This document shows positions 18,576 to 26,314 of a stretch of DNA of 64,000 nucleotides, piece by piece. How positions within the stretch are numbered: the first letter of the stretch is position 1; each line of letters begins with the position of its first letter. Under the pieces are notes generated by a model, which was not told the DNA's origin, ran no database searches, and saw only the letters and a list, made by a program, of their open reading frames with translations. The stretch spans positions 10,921 to 74,920 of the forward strand of contig DATDWR010000020.1 of NCBI GenBank assembly GCA_035289605.1. The letters are read 5' to 3'. A program made the translations under genes and the position numbers. The stretch comes from Candidatus Nanoarchaeia archaeon (GTDB taxonomy: Archaea > Nanobdellota > Nanobdellia > SCGC-AAA011-G17 > GW2011-AR18).

Positions 18576-18779
18576 ATGAAAAATAAAGTCATCATTTTTG
18601 TTATTTTGTTGATAATATTGAGTTTGTTTTTGTTCGGTTGTAATGATAAATTTGAAAATCCTGAATGTCAAAATGATCTAGATTGTAAAGATATGGGTGC
18701 TCTAGGTGGTCAATGTATAAATAATCATTGTCAACTAAACCCTGAACCTACATCACCACCAGCCTTACCGGAGGAATAA
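18576..18779 (+). CDS. small secreted Cys-rich protein (lipobox-like LFGC)
   Basis: Signal peptide ending LFLFGC, then 6 Cys in 40 aa and a Pro-rich tail. Confidence 0.5.
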   Translation: MKNKVIIFVILLIILSLFLFGCNDKFENPECQNDLDCKDMGALGGQCINNHCQLNPEPTSPPALPEE

Positions 18780-18782
18780 AAT

Positions 18783-19481
18783 ATGAAAAAAATAATCGCT
18801 CTAATTTTAGTATTAATAATTTCTAGTTTGTCAGTTTTAGCAATAATTAATGGAATGACTCCTGGAGATAGGCTAGGAGATAAAACAAAGTATGAGATAG
18901 GTGTAAAAGTTGAGAAAGGTTGGAACTTATTAGTCGCAGCAACTCCAGACTTAATATCACAAGACAGGATTTATGGCGGAGGAGACATAAAAAAGGAGAA
19001 TATAAAGATGATTTATGTATTTAATCCGTTTATTCAGCAGTATGCAAGAGTATTCCCAAATCCAGAACAGGAAAAAATTCATAAATTAGTGGAATCGTTT
19101 CCTCAAGACTCTGACTTATTAGCTAATTCTGCATGGGTTTACAGCGACAAAGCAGGATATTTAAGATTTAGACCTGATGAATACTTACTGGATTTAGAAG
19201 ATAGAAAATTAGTTCTTGGGTGGAATTTTGTGGGAATTACTCCAGAATTTACAGGTAAAAAATTCAAAGAAATGACAGGAAACTGCATTATAGAAAAGGC
19301 TTACGTATATGTCTACCAGGATGGGACAAACCCTCACTGGGAAAAGATAGTGCAAGAAAAAGATTCTTTAATACCCAAAGAATTCGAAGGAATGGGAATG
19401 GTTGTAAAAGTAAAGGGCGAACCATGTAGTATGGGTGGAATGAAAACTGCAGAAAATACAGTGCCATCATTACCTGCTTAA
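18783..19481 (+). CDS. hypothetical secreted protein
   Basis: Signal peptide MKKIIALILVLIISSLSVLA; 232 aa. Confidence 0.5.
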   Translation: MKKIIALILVLIISSLSVLAIINGMTPGDRLGDKTKYEIGVKVEKGWNLLVAATPDLISQDRIYGGGDIKKENIKMIYVFNPFIQQYARVFPNPEQEKIHKLVESFPQDSDLLANSAWVYSDKAGYLRFRPDEYLLDLEDRKLVLGWNFVGITPEFTGKKFKEMTGNCIIEKAYVYVYQDGTNPHWEKIVQEKDSLIPKEFEGMGMVVKVKGEPCSMGGMKTAENTVPSLPA

Positions 19482-19486
19482 AAATT

Positions 19487-19999
19487 ATGAAAACTAAAAC
19501 CCTAATAATAACTGTAGTTGTAATAATTTTTATTTTAATTGCAGTTCTTGCTACAGCCTATCTAAAACCCTATTATGATTACAATCAGGATAAGAAAAAA
19601 GCATACGATAAAACAAAAACCTATCCCTCAGTTTTAGACTTTAAAGAAATTACAATAAGTGAAATTAATAATAAAAATTTAACTGGAAATTTTAATGTTG
19701 AAGCCTTTGTAATACAAAAATTTGTTTGTGCACCATGTTCACCTTATATGTTCTGTAAAATATGTAAACCTGATGGAATATTAATTTCAGAAAATTTAAT
19801 TCAAAAAGGAGACTATATTCAATTAAATAAAGAAAGAATAAAACTATTAGATTTAGAAACAACAAACCCCAACCAATTTGAAATCGGGCAAAAGTATAAA
19901 TTCTCAATAGAAATAATTGAAAAAGAAAAAGTCTATAGTGATAAAGAAAGAATAGTATTAAAATTAATAAGATTATTAGGATATGAAAAATTAATTTAA
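19487..19999 (+). CDS. hypothetical N-terminally anchored protein
   Basis: Single N-terminal TM; contains a CxxC...CxxC cluster (CAPCSPYMFCKIC). Confidence 0.5.
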   Translation: MKTKTLIITVVVIIFILIAVLATAYLKPYYDYNQDKKKAYDKTKTYPSVLDFKEITISEINNKNLTGNFNVEAFVIQKFVCAPCSPYMFCKICKPDGILISENLIQKGDYIQLNKERIKLLDLETTNPNQFEIGQKYKFSIEIIEKEKVYSDKERIVLKLIRLLGYEKLI

Positions 20000-21181
20000 A
20001 CTTCTCACAACAAAATGCTTAATTATTCTATAAACCAAATACAAGATAAATAATAGCGCAATTAGTTTTAGTATCCATGTTAAGTCATAATTGAATTCTC
20101 TTACTTGATAATTGCTTACAGTGTTATTCTCTAAATTAATGTTTAAGTTACAATCATGATTAAGATTATAAAAATGATTAAACAATATTAGTTTACAGTT
20201 ATTAATATTTTTAACATATAAACTGTTGTCTGTTCCTGCAATTAAGTTATCAGTTTTCTTAATGTTTACTTTGTCAGCTTTCAAAACTGCAATATAAAAT
20301 GGTTTTTTAGTAAATTCTACTGAGTATATATATTTTTGTTCTTTATAGTAAGAATTGTCAAACTTTATTATCAAACTTGAATAGTCTTTTGCTTCATAGT
20401 TTAACTTTATTGTATTAAAATTGTTTTCTACTGCTTTAATGCTAGCGCTTGGTTTATTATCATAATACTTTACATTAATACTGTCATTTAATTCTATATT
20501 ATCTTTAAGATATTCTTTATTCTTGTACTCACACTTGTAATTGTAACTCGTGCACTGCCCTCTTCTGTTCCTATTAGTGCAATACTTATTCCATACACTA
20601 TTATCTTTCTTAATATTAACACTAACTTCTAATTTAGTGGTTATTAATGAATCCTGATTTACACTTATAGCTTGTACTTTATTACTTCCTTGCACCTGAT
20701 TATTAACTAAAATGCTTAATTTAGAATTGTTTTCTATTAACTCATAAGTTATCTTACAATAACCATTACTGTTTTCTTGATAATTATTGGCTTGATAATC
20801 TTGTGGGACTATAACTTTATAATAATAATCACTTAACACTAAAGAATTACTAGTGACGTATAAATTATTATTTTCTAAAACACTAGGACTTATAGCATTC
20901 AAAGAAACCCAAGCAGACTTAATATAAATAGAGTCTACTACTAATAAATTTTCCAGACTAGAATTAACTTTAATATTAGAGTTATAATTTAGAATGAAAT
21001 CATGATTAGGGAAACTAGAATAATTATAAAACAAACCTGAAAGTAAGAAATATTTTTGGGATTCATTCATTGAAGAACTTAATATATTATTGCACTGTTG
21101 CAAGTTAGAAGCTAAAGAACAATCAAAAGAAGCAGAAGCTAAAGGAAGAATTACTAAGAAAATTAAGAGAAAATATTTCAT
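19991..21181 (-). CDS. Asn/Ser-rich secreted protein with C-terminal TM anchor
   Basis: Signal peptide and a C-terminal helix (WILKLIALLFILYLVYRII) followed by basic residues; 396 aa. Confidence 0.55.
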   Translation of the reverse strand: MKYFLLIFLVILPLASASFDCSLASNLQQCNNILSSSMNESQKYFLLSGLFYNYSSFPNHDFILNYNSNIKVNSSLENLLVVDSIYIKSAWVSLNAISPSVLENNNLYVTSNSLVLSDYYYKVIVPQDYQANNYQENSNGYCKITYELIENNSKLSILVNNQVQGSNKVQAISVNQDSLITTKLEVSVNIKKDNSVWNKYCTNRNRRGQCTSYNYKCEYKNKEYLKDNIELNDSINVKYYDNKPSASIKAVENNFNTIKLNYEAKDYSSLIIKFDNSYYKEQKYIYSVEFTKKPFYIAVLKADKVNIKKTDNLIAGTDNSLYVKNINNCKLILFNHFYNLNHDCNLNINLENNTVSNYQVREFNYDLTWILKLIALLFILYLVYRIIKHFVVRSLN

Positions 21182-21203
21182 TAGAAGAAGATTTCTGGTG
21201 ATT

Positions 21204-21932
21204 TTACTTTTGCTTTAGAAATTCGCTTACTTCTCTTGCTTTTCTCATTAAATTATCTAAATCCATAGAGTTTAATGTTTGCCAATACATTGGATGGTGA
21301 TTTATATAAAAAATTTCTCTATTTTCACATGTTGCTACCATAAGTCTGATTGGAACTATTCCAGGCGGAGAATTACAATGATATTCATTATACGGGCTAA
21401 CTATTTCTCCTAAGTGATGTCTTAAACTCGCAAATTCATTTGGTCTTCCTTTTGATTTGTTCACATCTACTACCATAGCAATCATAGGAGACCTTATCGC
21501 ATAAGACCTACTTCCATCTCCATTTAAATAGGCATATCCTTGTGAACCATATATAACAATTCTTCCTAAATCTTTGTTTATTTCAGAAAGTGGATGATAT
21601 CTCAATCCAGTAAGCTCAATTAATCCATCAATACCTTCAGATTCTCCTACTTTTAGGCTTTCTTTAATGCTTTTTCTTATGAACTTTTCTGATAATTCAT
21701 CTGAATCCATTGCATCTTGGCGTTCTTCTTCAAAGGTTGGTTGTCCTCTCCTCATTGCTACGCTTAATCCTTCTGGTGAAGAAAAGAAAACCCCTGTATG
21801 TTGAAGAGTAGTTTGCATACTTAAGATACCCCTAACATCTTTATGACCTTTAAGATAGCGAACAATCTGGATATAAGATTCTGTATGCTCCCTGTTATAA
21901 GCTTCCTTTTTGTCAGTTTTTCTTATTAGCAT
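21204..21932 (-). CDS. hypothetical protein (compositionally atypical)
   Basis: 242-aa ORF, richer in G/R/H/P than its neighbours, with no motif recognised. Confidence 0.5.
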   Translation of the reverse strand: MLIRKTDKKEAYNREHTESYIQIVRYLKGHKDVRGILSMQTTLQHTGVFFSSPEGLSVAMRRGQPTFEEERQDAMDSDELSEKFIRKSIKESLKVGESEGIDGLIELTGLRYHPLSEINKDLGRIVIYGSQGYAYLNGDGSRSYAIRSPMIAMVVDVNKSKGRPNEFASLRHHLGEIVSPYNEYHCNSPPGIVPIRLMVATCENREIFYINHHPMYWQTLNSMDLDNLMRKAREVSEFLKQK

Positions 21933-22018
21933 TAAATGCTTAAATTTATATTATTAATAAATATTATTATATAATTATACACAAAAACGATAAATATATA
22001 AATATTAATATATTTTAT

Positions 22019-23005
22019 GTGTATATGAAGGAATTAGACCTTAAAGACTATAAAATTTTGTATGAACTAGATGTTAATGCCAGACAAAATGATTCTGAAA
22101 TAGCCAAAAAAGTAGGCTTAACAAGAGACTCAACCAGATACAGAATAAACAAATTAGTCGAAGAAGGTTATATCTATTATTTTATGACACTAATTAATTC
22201 AATGAAATTAGGTTACAATTGGTATAGGACATTTTTCAAATTTCAAAACTTAACAATTGAGAAAGAAAAAGAAATTATTGATTATCTAAAAGAAAAAACA
22301 AGCTGGATTTCCAAAGTAGAAGGATTTTGGGATCTAAACACAGGAATTTTTCTCGAAAACGTTTATGAGTACCGTGATTTTATTAATGAATTTTTATTGA
22401 AATATAGTTTATTCATCGAAAGATACAATGTTTCTATTGTTACAAGAGAATGGATTTACTGCCATGATTATCTTCTTAATAAAAAACAAAAGACCAACAA
22501 ACCAATTTTAATGGGATTTAATAATAAAAGTGAATATAAAGCAGAGAATATAGATAAAATGGATTATAAAATTCTCAAAACAATACTGAAAAATGCCAGA
22601 ATGAAAAGTATCGATATAGCAAGAGAAATAGGAACAACAGAAATAGTTATTAGATATCGTATCAAAAAGTTAATACAAAAAGGAATAATAATAGGATTCA
22701 AGCCATTTCTTAATATCAATAAACTTGGTTATACCTATTTTAAGCTTCATATAACATTACAAAATTTAACTAAAGAAAAAAAGAACTCTATTATAAATAA
22801 TATTCACCAACATCCCAACACAATCCACATGACAGAACTAGTGGGTGGTGCTGATATAGAATGCGAGTTTCAAGTAAAGACTAACGAAGAATTTTATCAA
22901 CATATACAAGAATTAAGAACAAAATTCAGTGATATTATAAGAGATTACAAATTTATGCAGTATACTAAAGAGTACAAATTTACTTATCTTCCTGAAATTT
23001 TTTAA
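22019..23005 (+). CDS. tandem double Lrp/AsnC-type HTH regulator
   Basis: Two repeats of the pattern D.KIL..L..NAR....IA...G.....YRI.KL...G.I (aa ~6-55 and ~180-230). The likely ATG is at 22025. Confidence 0.65.
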   Translation: MYMKELDLKDYKILYELDVNARQNDSEIAKKVGLTRDSTRYRINKLVEEGYIYYFMTLINSMKLGYNWYRTFFKFQNLTIEKEKEIIDYLKEKTSWISKVEGFWDLNTGIFLENVYEYRDFINEFLLKYSLFIERYNVSIVTREWIYCHDYLLNKKQKTNKPILMGFNNKSEYKAENIDKMDYKILKTILKNARMKSIDIAREIGTTEIVIRYRIKKLIQKGIIIGFKPFLNINKLGYTYFKLHITLQNLTKEKKNSIINNIHQHPNTIHMTELVGGADIECEFQVKTNEEFYQHIQELRTKFSDIIRDYKFMQYTKEYKFTYLPEIF

Positions 23006-23132
23006 AAAAATTATTCCTTTCTAGTCACTATACCTTCGCTATATTTGTGAAGAGAACAGTTATAGTTCCTTCTAGCTCAAGCGGTACAGTCACACACGTT
23101 ATAAAAAAGTCCAAAGAATAAACAAGGGACTT

Positions 23133-23468
23133 TTATGTTGTCAAATAATTGACTATTATTGGTGCTACCCAGATTAATCCTAGACCTATTACTATGTACA
23201 TTACTTTTGTTTTAGCTTGTTCTTTTTCTGAAGGATTATTGTTCATGAACATCTGAACAGCTGCAAATACTATAAACAGTAAAGCTAAGACACTAGCAGC
23301 ATACTTTACAAAATTATAGACTTTCATTACAGGTGCTAATATCTGGTTGAATGTGTTAACATCTGTTGAGCTTGGCCCTGTTATTGTTACAGCATGAACA
23401 CTATAGGCTAAAGGCAATACCATTAGTATTAGTGCTATTGTGCAGTTAAGCAGGTTGTTTTTCTTCAT
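23133..23468 (-). CDS. VirB2/TrbC/CedA1-like pilin candidate
   Basis: 111 aa with a signal peptide ending VHA. Two hydrophobic helices (AASVLALLFIVFAAVQMF and VMYIVIGLGLIWVAPIIV) are separated by a short charged loop. This is the conjugative-pilin topology. Confidence 0.5.
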   Translation of the reverse strand: MKKNNLLNCTIALILMVLPLAYSVHAVTITGPSSTDVNTFNQILAPVMKVYNFVKYAASVLALLFIVFAAVQMFMNNNPSEKEQAKTKVMYIVIGLGLIWVAPIIVNYLTT

Positions 23469-23757
23469 TATTATTCACCTCCACGAACATTTTTCTAAAG
23501 CCTTCAAACTCGTCTTTAGGCATTAGAGTTTCACTACTGCCAGCATTCTCAACTTTAGGAGTGATTTTACCATGAACTTTTTTCTTAACAAGCAAGAACT
23601 TAACTGTCAAGAACACCAGCAGTAAAAGTGCTCCAATACCCAAAAATATGAAAAAAGTCTCTAAATCCAACTTGAACAGTAAACTAACAGTTATGCTTAA
23701 CGGAAGATACAATATCCAAAACATGAAATAATAAGCTATTAGTTTGCTAGTTTTCAT
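23446..23757 (-). CDS. small 2-3 TM membrane protein
   Basis: The likely start MKTSKLIAYYF at 23757 overlaps the stop of the upstream Zn-ribbon ORF. The ORF track extends it to 23787. Confidence 0.4.
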   Translation of the reverse strand: MKTSKLIAYYFMFWILYLPLSITVSLLFKLDLETFFIFLGIGALLLLVFLTVKFLLVKKKVHGKITPKVENAGSSETLMPKDEFEGFRKMFVEVNNNEEKQPA

Positions 23758-23923
23758 ATTTGCCTCCTTTCTTGTAAGCTTTGACAATTCTAGCTACTTT
23801 TTTCACGCTTCCATACTTTGATAATAAAAAATCAAAACAAGTCTTGCACAAAGTAAACCTGTCAAGTATAATGCTAAAATTTCCTGACTCTCTTTTGCAT
23901 AATTTGCACATTTTTGTTTTCAT
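23747..23923 (-). CDS. 58-aa zinc-ribbon protein
   Basis: Own translation: MKTKMCKLCKRESGNFSIILDRFTLCKTCFDFLLSKYGSVKKVARIVKAYKKGGKYEN (CxxC...CxxC). It is below the ORF-track cut-off. Confidence 0.35.
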   Translation of the reverse strand: MKTKMCKLCKRESGNFSIILDRFTLCKTCFDFLLSKYGSVKKVARIVKAYKKGGKYEN

Positions 23924-24117
23924 AAAAGTAAATTGGCATAGAGAAATATAAATGTCCTTAACAATTTTGGAGCAAAAATGGAGTCAACAGCGTTGCAACT
24001 AGAATGTAGCAAGACACTTTAGAAAGATATTTAAAGAAAATTCAACCTATAATTATATTAAAAAATTAGACGATTTACTTTTCAGGCGATAACGCTATAC
24101 ACCGGCGGGCTTTTGCA

Positions 24118-24131
24118 TGTTCCCCGCATTA
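24118..24131 (+). repeat. candidate attR core TGTTCCCCGCATTA
   Basis: Exact copy of 5777-5790. Its last 3 nt are the stop codon (complement) of the 248-aa membrane-protein gene. Confidence 0.6.
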
Positions 24132-24875
24132 CATTTTAGAAACTTTCTTGACAAAATACAATCTTTGAAAATTTATCAAAATCAACAAAATAACTAACAA
24201 AACAGAAGGAACAACTATAGAATATTCAGCAAACGACAACACAAAAATAACCAATATTAGGAACAAGAAAAGAGCATTTGTCAATAATACTAAGATATAA
24301 AAAAATATAAATCTCCTGAAATTTTTTACTGCAAAAACAATTGACTGTTTGAATTTTGAATTCCTTGACAACAACACCAACAAAAAGTAATATGATATAA
24401 GCAGTAAAACAACAGAAACAACAAGTAATATAATATTATTAGAACCTAAATCCAGATAAACAAAAGCCAAATAATTAAGAAACTGCACAATAGAAAAGAA
24501 AAACAAGAGCAAAGGAAGAATTGAATAAACAAAAAAGTTCTTTATAGAAATTCCGCTAGAAATTTTCCATAATAAAGAATAGAATATTAAAGATAAAACT
24601 AACAAAACAATAGGAATAATAACCTGATTCAAAAGAATAGCCTTATCCAAAGTCTTTTCTACAGTGTCAAGCCTGTTCTGAACCTCTTCCTTATTATAAG
24701 ATGTTAAAGATTCTTTTCCTAAATTTTCTTGAAGCTGAGATAATTCAGGAGTAAACTCTTGGACTTCTATTAAATAATTTCTAGTCTTGTCTCTTGCATA
24801 AAACAATAATGAAATTAAAATTACAGCAAAGAGGAGTTCTATAAGAAAAGTGAATAATAGTTTTTTATTTTTCAT
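24129..24875 (-). CDS. polytopic membrane protein (last gene of surface-protein operon)
   Basis: ~6 TM helices. Its start overlaps the upstream stop by 4 nt (ATGA). Confidence 0.6.
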   Translation of the reverse strand: MKNKKLLFTFLIELLFAVILISLLFYARDKTRNYLIEVQEFTPELSQLQENLGKESLTSYNKEEVQNRLDTVEKTLDKAILLNQVIIPIVLLVLSLIFYSLLWKISSGISIKNFFVYSILPLLLFFFSIVQFLNYLAFVYLDLGSNNIILLVVSVVLLLISYYFLLVLLSRNSKFKQSIVFAVKNFRRFIFFYILVLLTNALFLFLILVIFVLSFAEYSIVVPSVLLVILLILINFQRLYFVKKVSKM

Positions 24876-26314
24876 TGTGCCGTACTTATAGAGCTCTGAG
24901 TCGCATATTTTACTGAAAATGCTATTTCATTGTAATCAATAGCTTTACTTTTTTGCACTTGGAAAACTTTTCTTTGTGCGCCTTTCATAATAATTATTTT
25001 GGGGAAGTTTGGTTCTATAAATACCCCTCCCTCTCTTGGTAAAAATGGTTCTTTTTTATTTACTTCTTCTACAATTACACTCAATCCCCCTTCTATGGTG
25101 TTTTCTTTTTCTAGTCTATTTAATACATTTTTAAACCAATTATCAGGAGTAAAATCAAACTCAAATGAAAAAAATGGAGCGTTAATTTCCTTAGTTTTAG
25201 CACTTAAAAACTTTTTGTCTTTTGCTCTTTTCCATTTCCATTCATCAGAGAATATAAATTGCAAATTAGTTACTGAAGGATTTCCATCTTCTATTTCTAT
25301 TAATGTTTGTGAAAGCTCTTTTTTCTGTTCCTCTCTTTCTTGCACTTCTTGTTTTTTCTCTTTCTCTATAGCTTGAGACCTTTCATATACCCTACTTATT
25401 ACGGTATTATAAATAATTTTTTGTTTTTTACCTGATGGATAAGCCTCAAAAGTTTGTAATTTTTCATTTTCTGGATCCTGGCTTAATAAAATTAATTTAG
25501 AAGAAATTTCTCCTTCTACGAAGTTTGGTTTTTTATTATTCACTTGCTCTATCATAATTTTTATTCCTTCTTCAAAACTAAATCTATTTTTTCTAAGATT
25601 GATTATAATTGATTTAAACCATTCAGAAGATAAACCATCATTTGATATATCTAAATCATTAAATTCCTTTTTATTTTTAGTTCTCCACTTCCACGAGCCA
25701 TCAAACATAAATTGTAAGTTCGGTTCTCTTAAGTTACCATCTTCTATTTCTATTATTATATTATTAACCAAATTTGTGACACTCTCTTTAGTTTCCTGTT
25801 CTTCTGTAACTTCTATACTCTCACCAAAACCTTCTGCGCAACAATACAGATCACCTTCACCACAACAATATTCTCCATTACAAGACCTGCCTGTGATACA
25901 ATTACTCGGATCTGGTTTTTGTCCTGGAGAAAGTTTCTGGCAAGAGAAAGGCTTTCCATAAGTTGCAGTGACTTCTGCACACAAAGATTTTTTTTGAAGC
26001 TTTTCAGTCTTAGCTTCTTTCTTAATCTCATCAACAGGAAGTGCTTGAAATTCCCTTCTTAGCTCAGCAATTTGCTTAAACCCGAGAGCATTATTATACA
26101 AAGCCTGGGCACGAACATCAGGATCAAGAGAAGCTCTCTCAAGGGTGTTATAAGAATAAGCATTAGCTGCAGTTTCAGGAGCCTTTAGAGTAGAATATTT
26201 ATCAAGCAAATCTTTTACATTTGCAGTGCCGTCAGTTAAAGATTCAAAATCTTCTTTAGCATAAGCAACATTCAATATTAATATTAATAAAATAAATGGA
26301 ATCAACTTTTTCAT
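24872..26314 (-). CDS. secreted protein with Cys-rich module and internal duplication
   Basis: Signal peptide MKKLIPFILLILILNVAYA, module SCQK...CITGRSCNGEYCCGEGDLYCC, and two ~85-aa repeats (IEIEDGN...NLQF.F...WKW). Confidence 0.7.
   Translation of the reverse strand: MKKLIPFILLILILNVAYAKEDFESLTDGTANVKDLLDKYSTLKAPETAANAYSYNTLERASLDPDVRAQALYNNALGFKQIAELRREFQALPVDEIKKEAKTEKLQKKSLCAEVTATYGKPFSCQKLSPGQKPDPSNCITGRSCNGEYCCGEGDLYCCAEGFGESIEVTEEQETKESVTNLVNNIIIEIEDGNLREPNLQFMFDGSWKWRTKNKKEFNDLDISNDGLSSEWFKSIIINLRKNRFSFEEGIKIMIEQVNNKKPNFVEGEISSKLILLSQDPENEKLQTFEAYPSGKKQKIIYNTVISRVYERSQAIEKEKKQEVQEREEQKKELSQTLIEIEDGNPSVTNLQFIFSDEWKWKRAKDKKFLSAKTKEINAPFFSFEFDFTPDNWFKNVLNRLEKENTIEGGLSVIVEEVNKKEPFLPREGGVFIEPNFPKIIIMKGAQRKVFQVQKSKAIDYNEIAFSVKYATQSSISTAQ

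Larger units (their letters stand above)
5777..24131 (+). mobile_element. integrated element (~18.4 kb) at tRNA 3' end, with integrase and conjugation/Ced-like genes
   Basis: A perfect 14-nt direct repeat bounds the element. A tyrosine recombinase lies next to the tRNA. Cargo differs in kind from the flanking housekeeping genes. Confidence 0.6.

Noticed and set aside
24100-24127. GGCGGGC...CCCCGC hairpin-like sequence next to attR as a possible tRNA remnant
   Set aside because: Only the 14-nt core matches the tRNA, and no D/T-arm remnants are visible. It may simply be a terminator-like hairpin after the 248-aa gene, so I do not call it a tRNA fragment.
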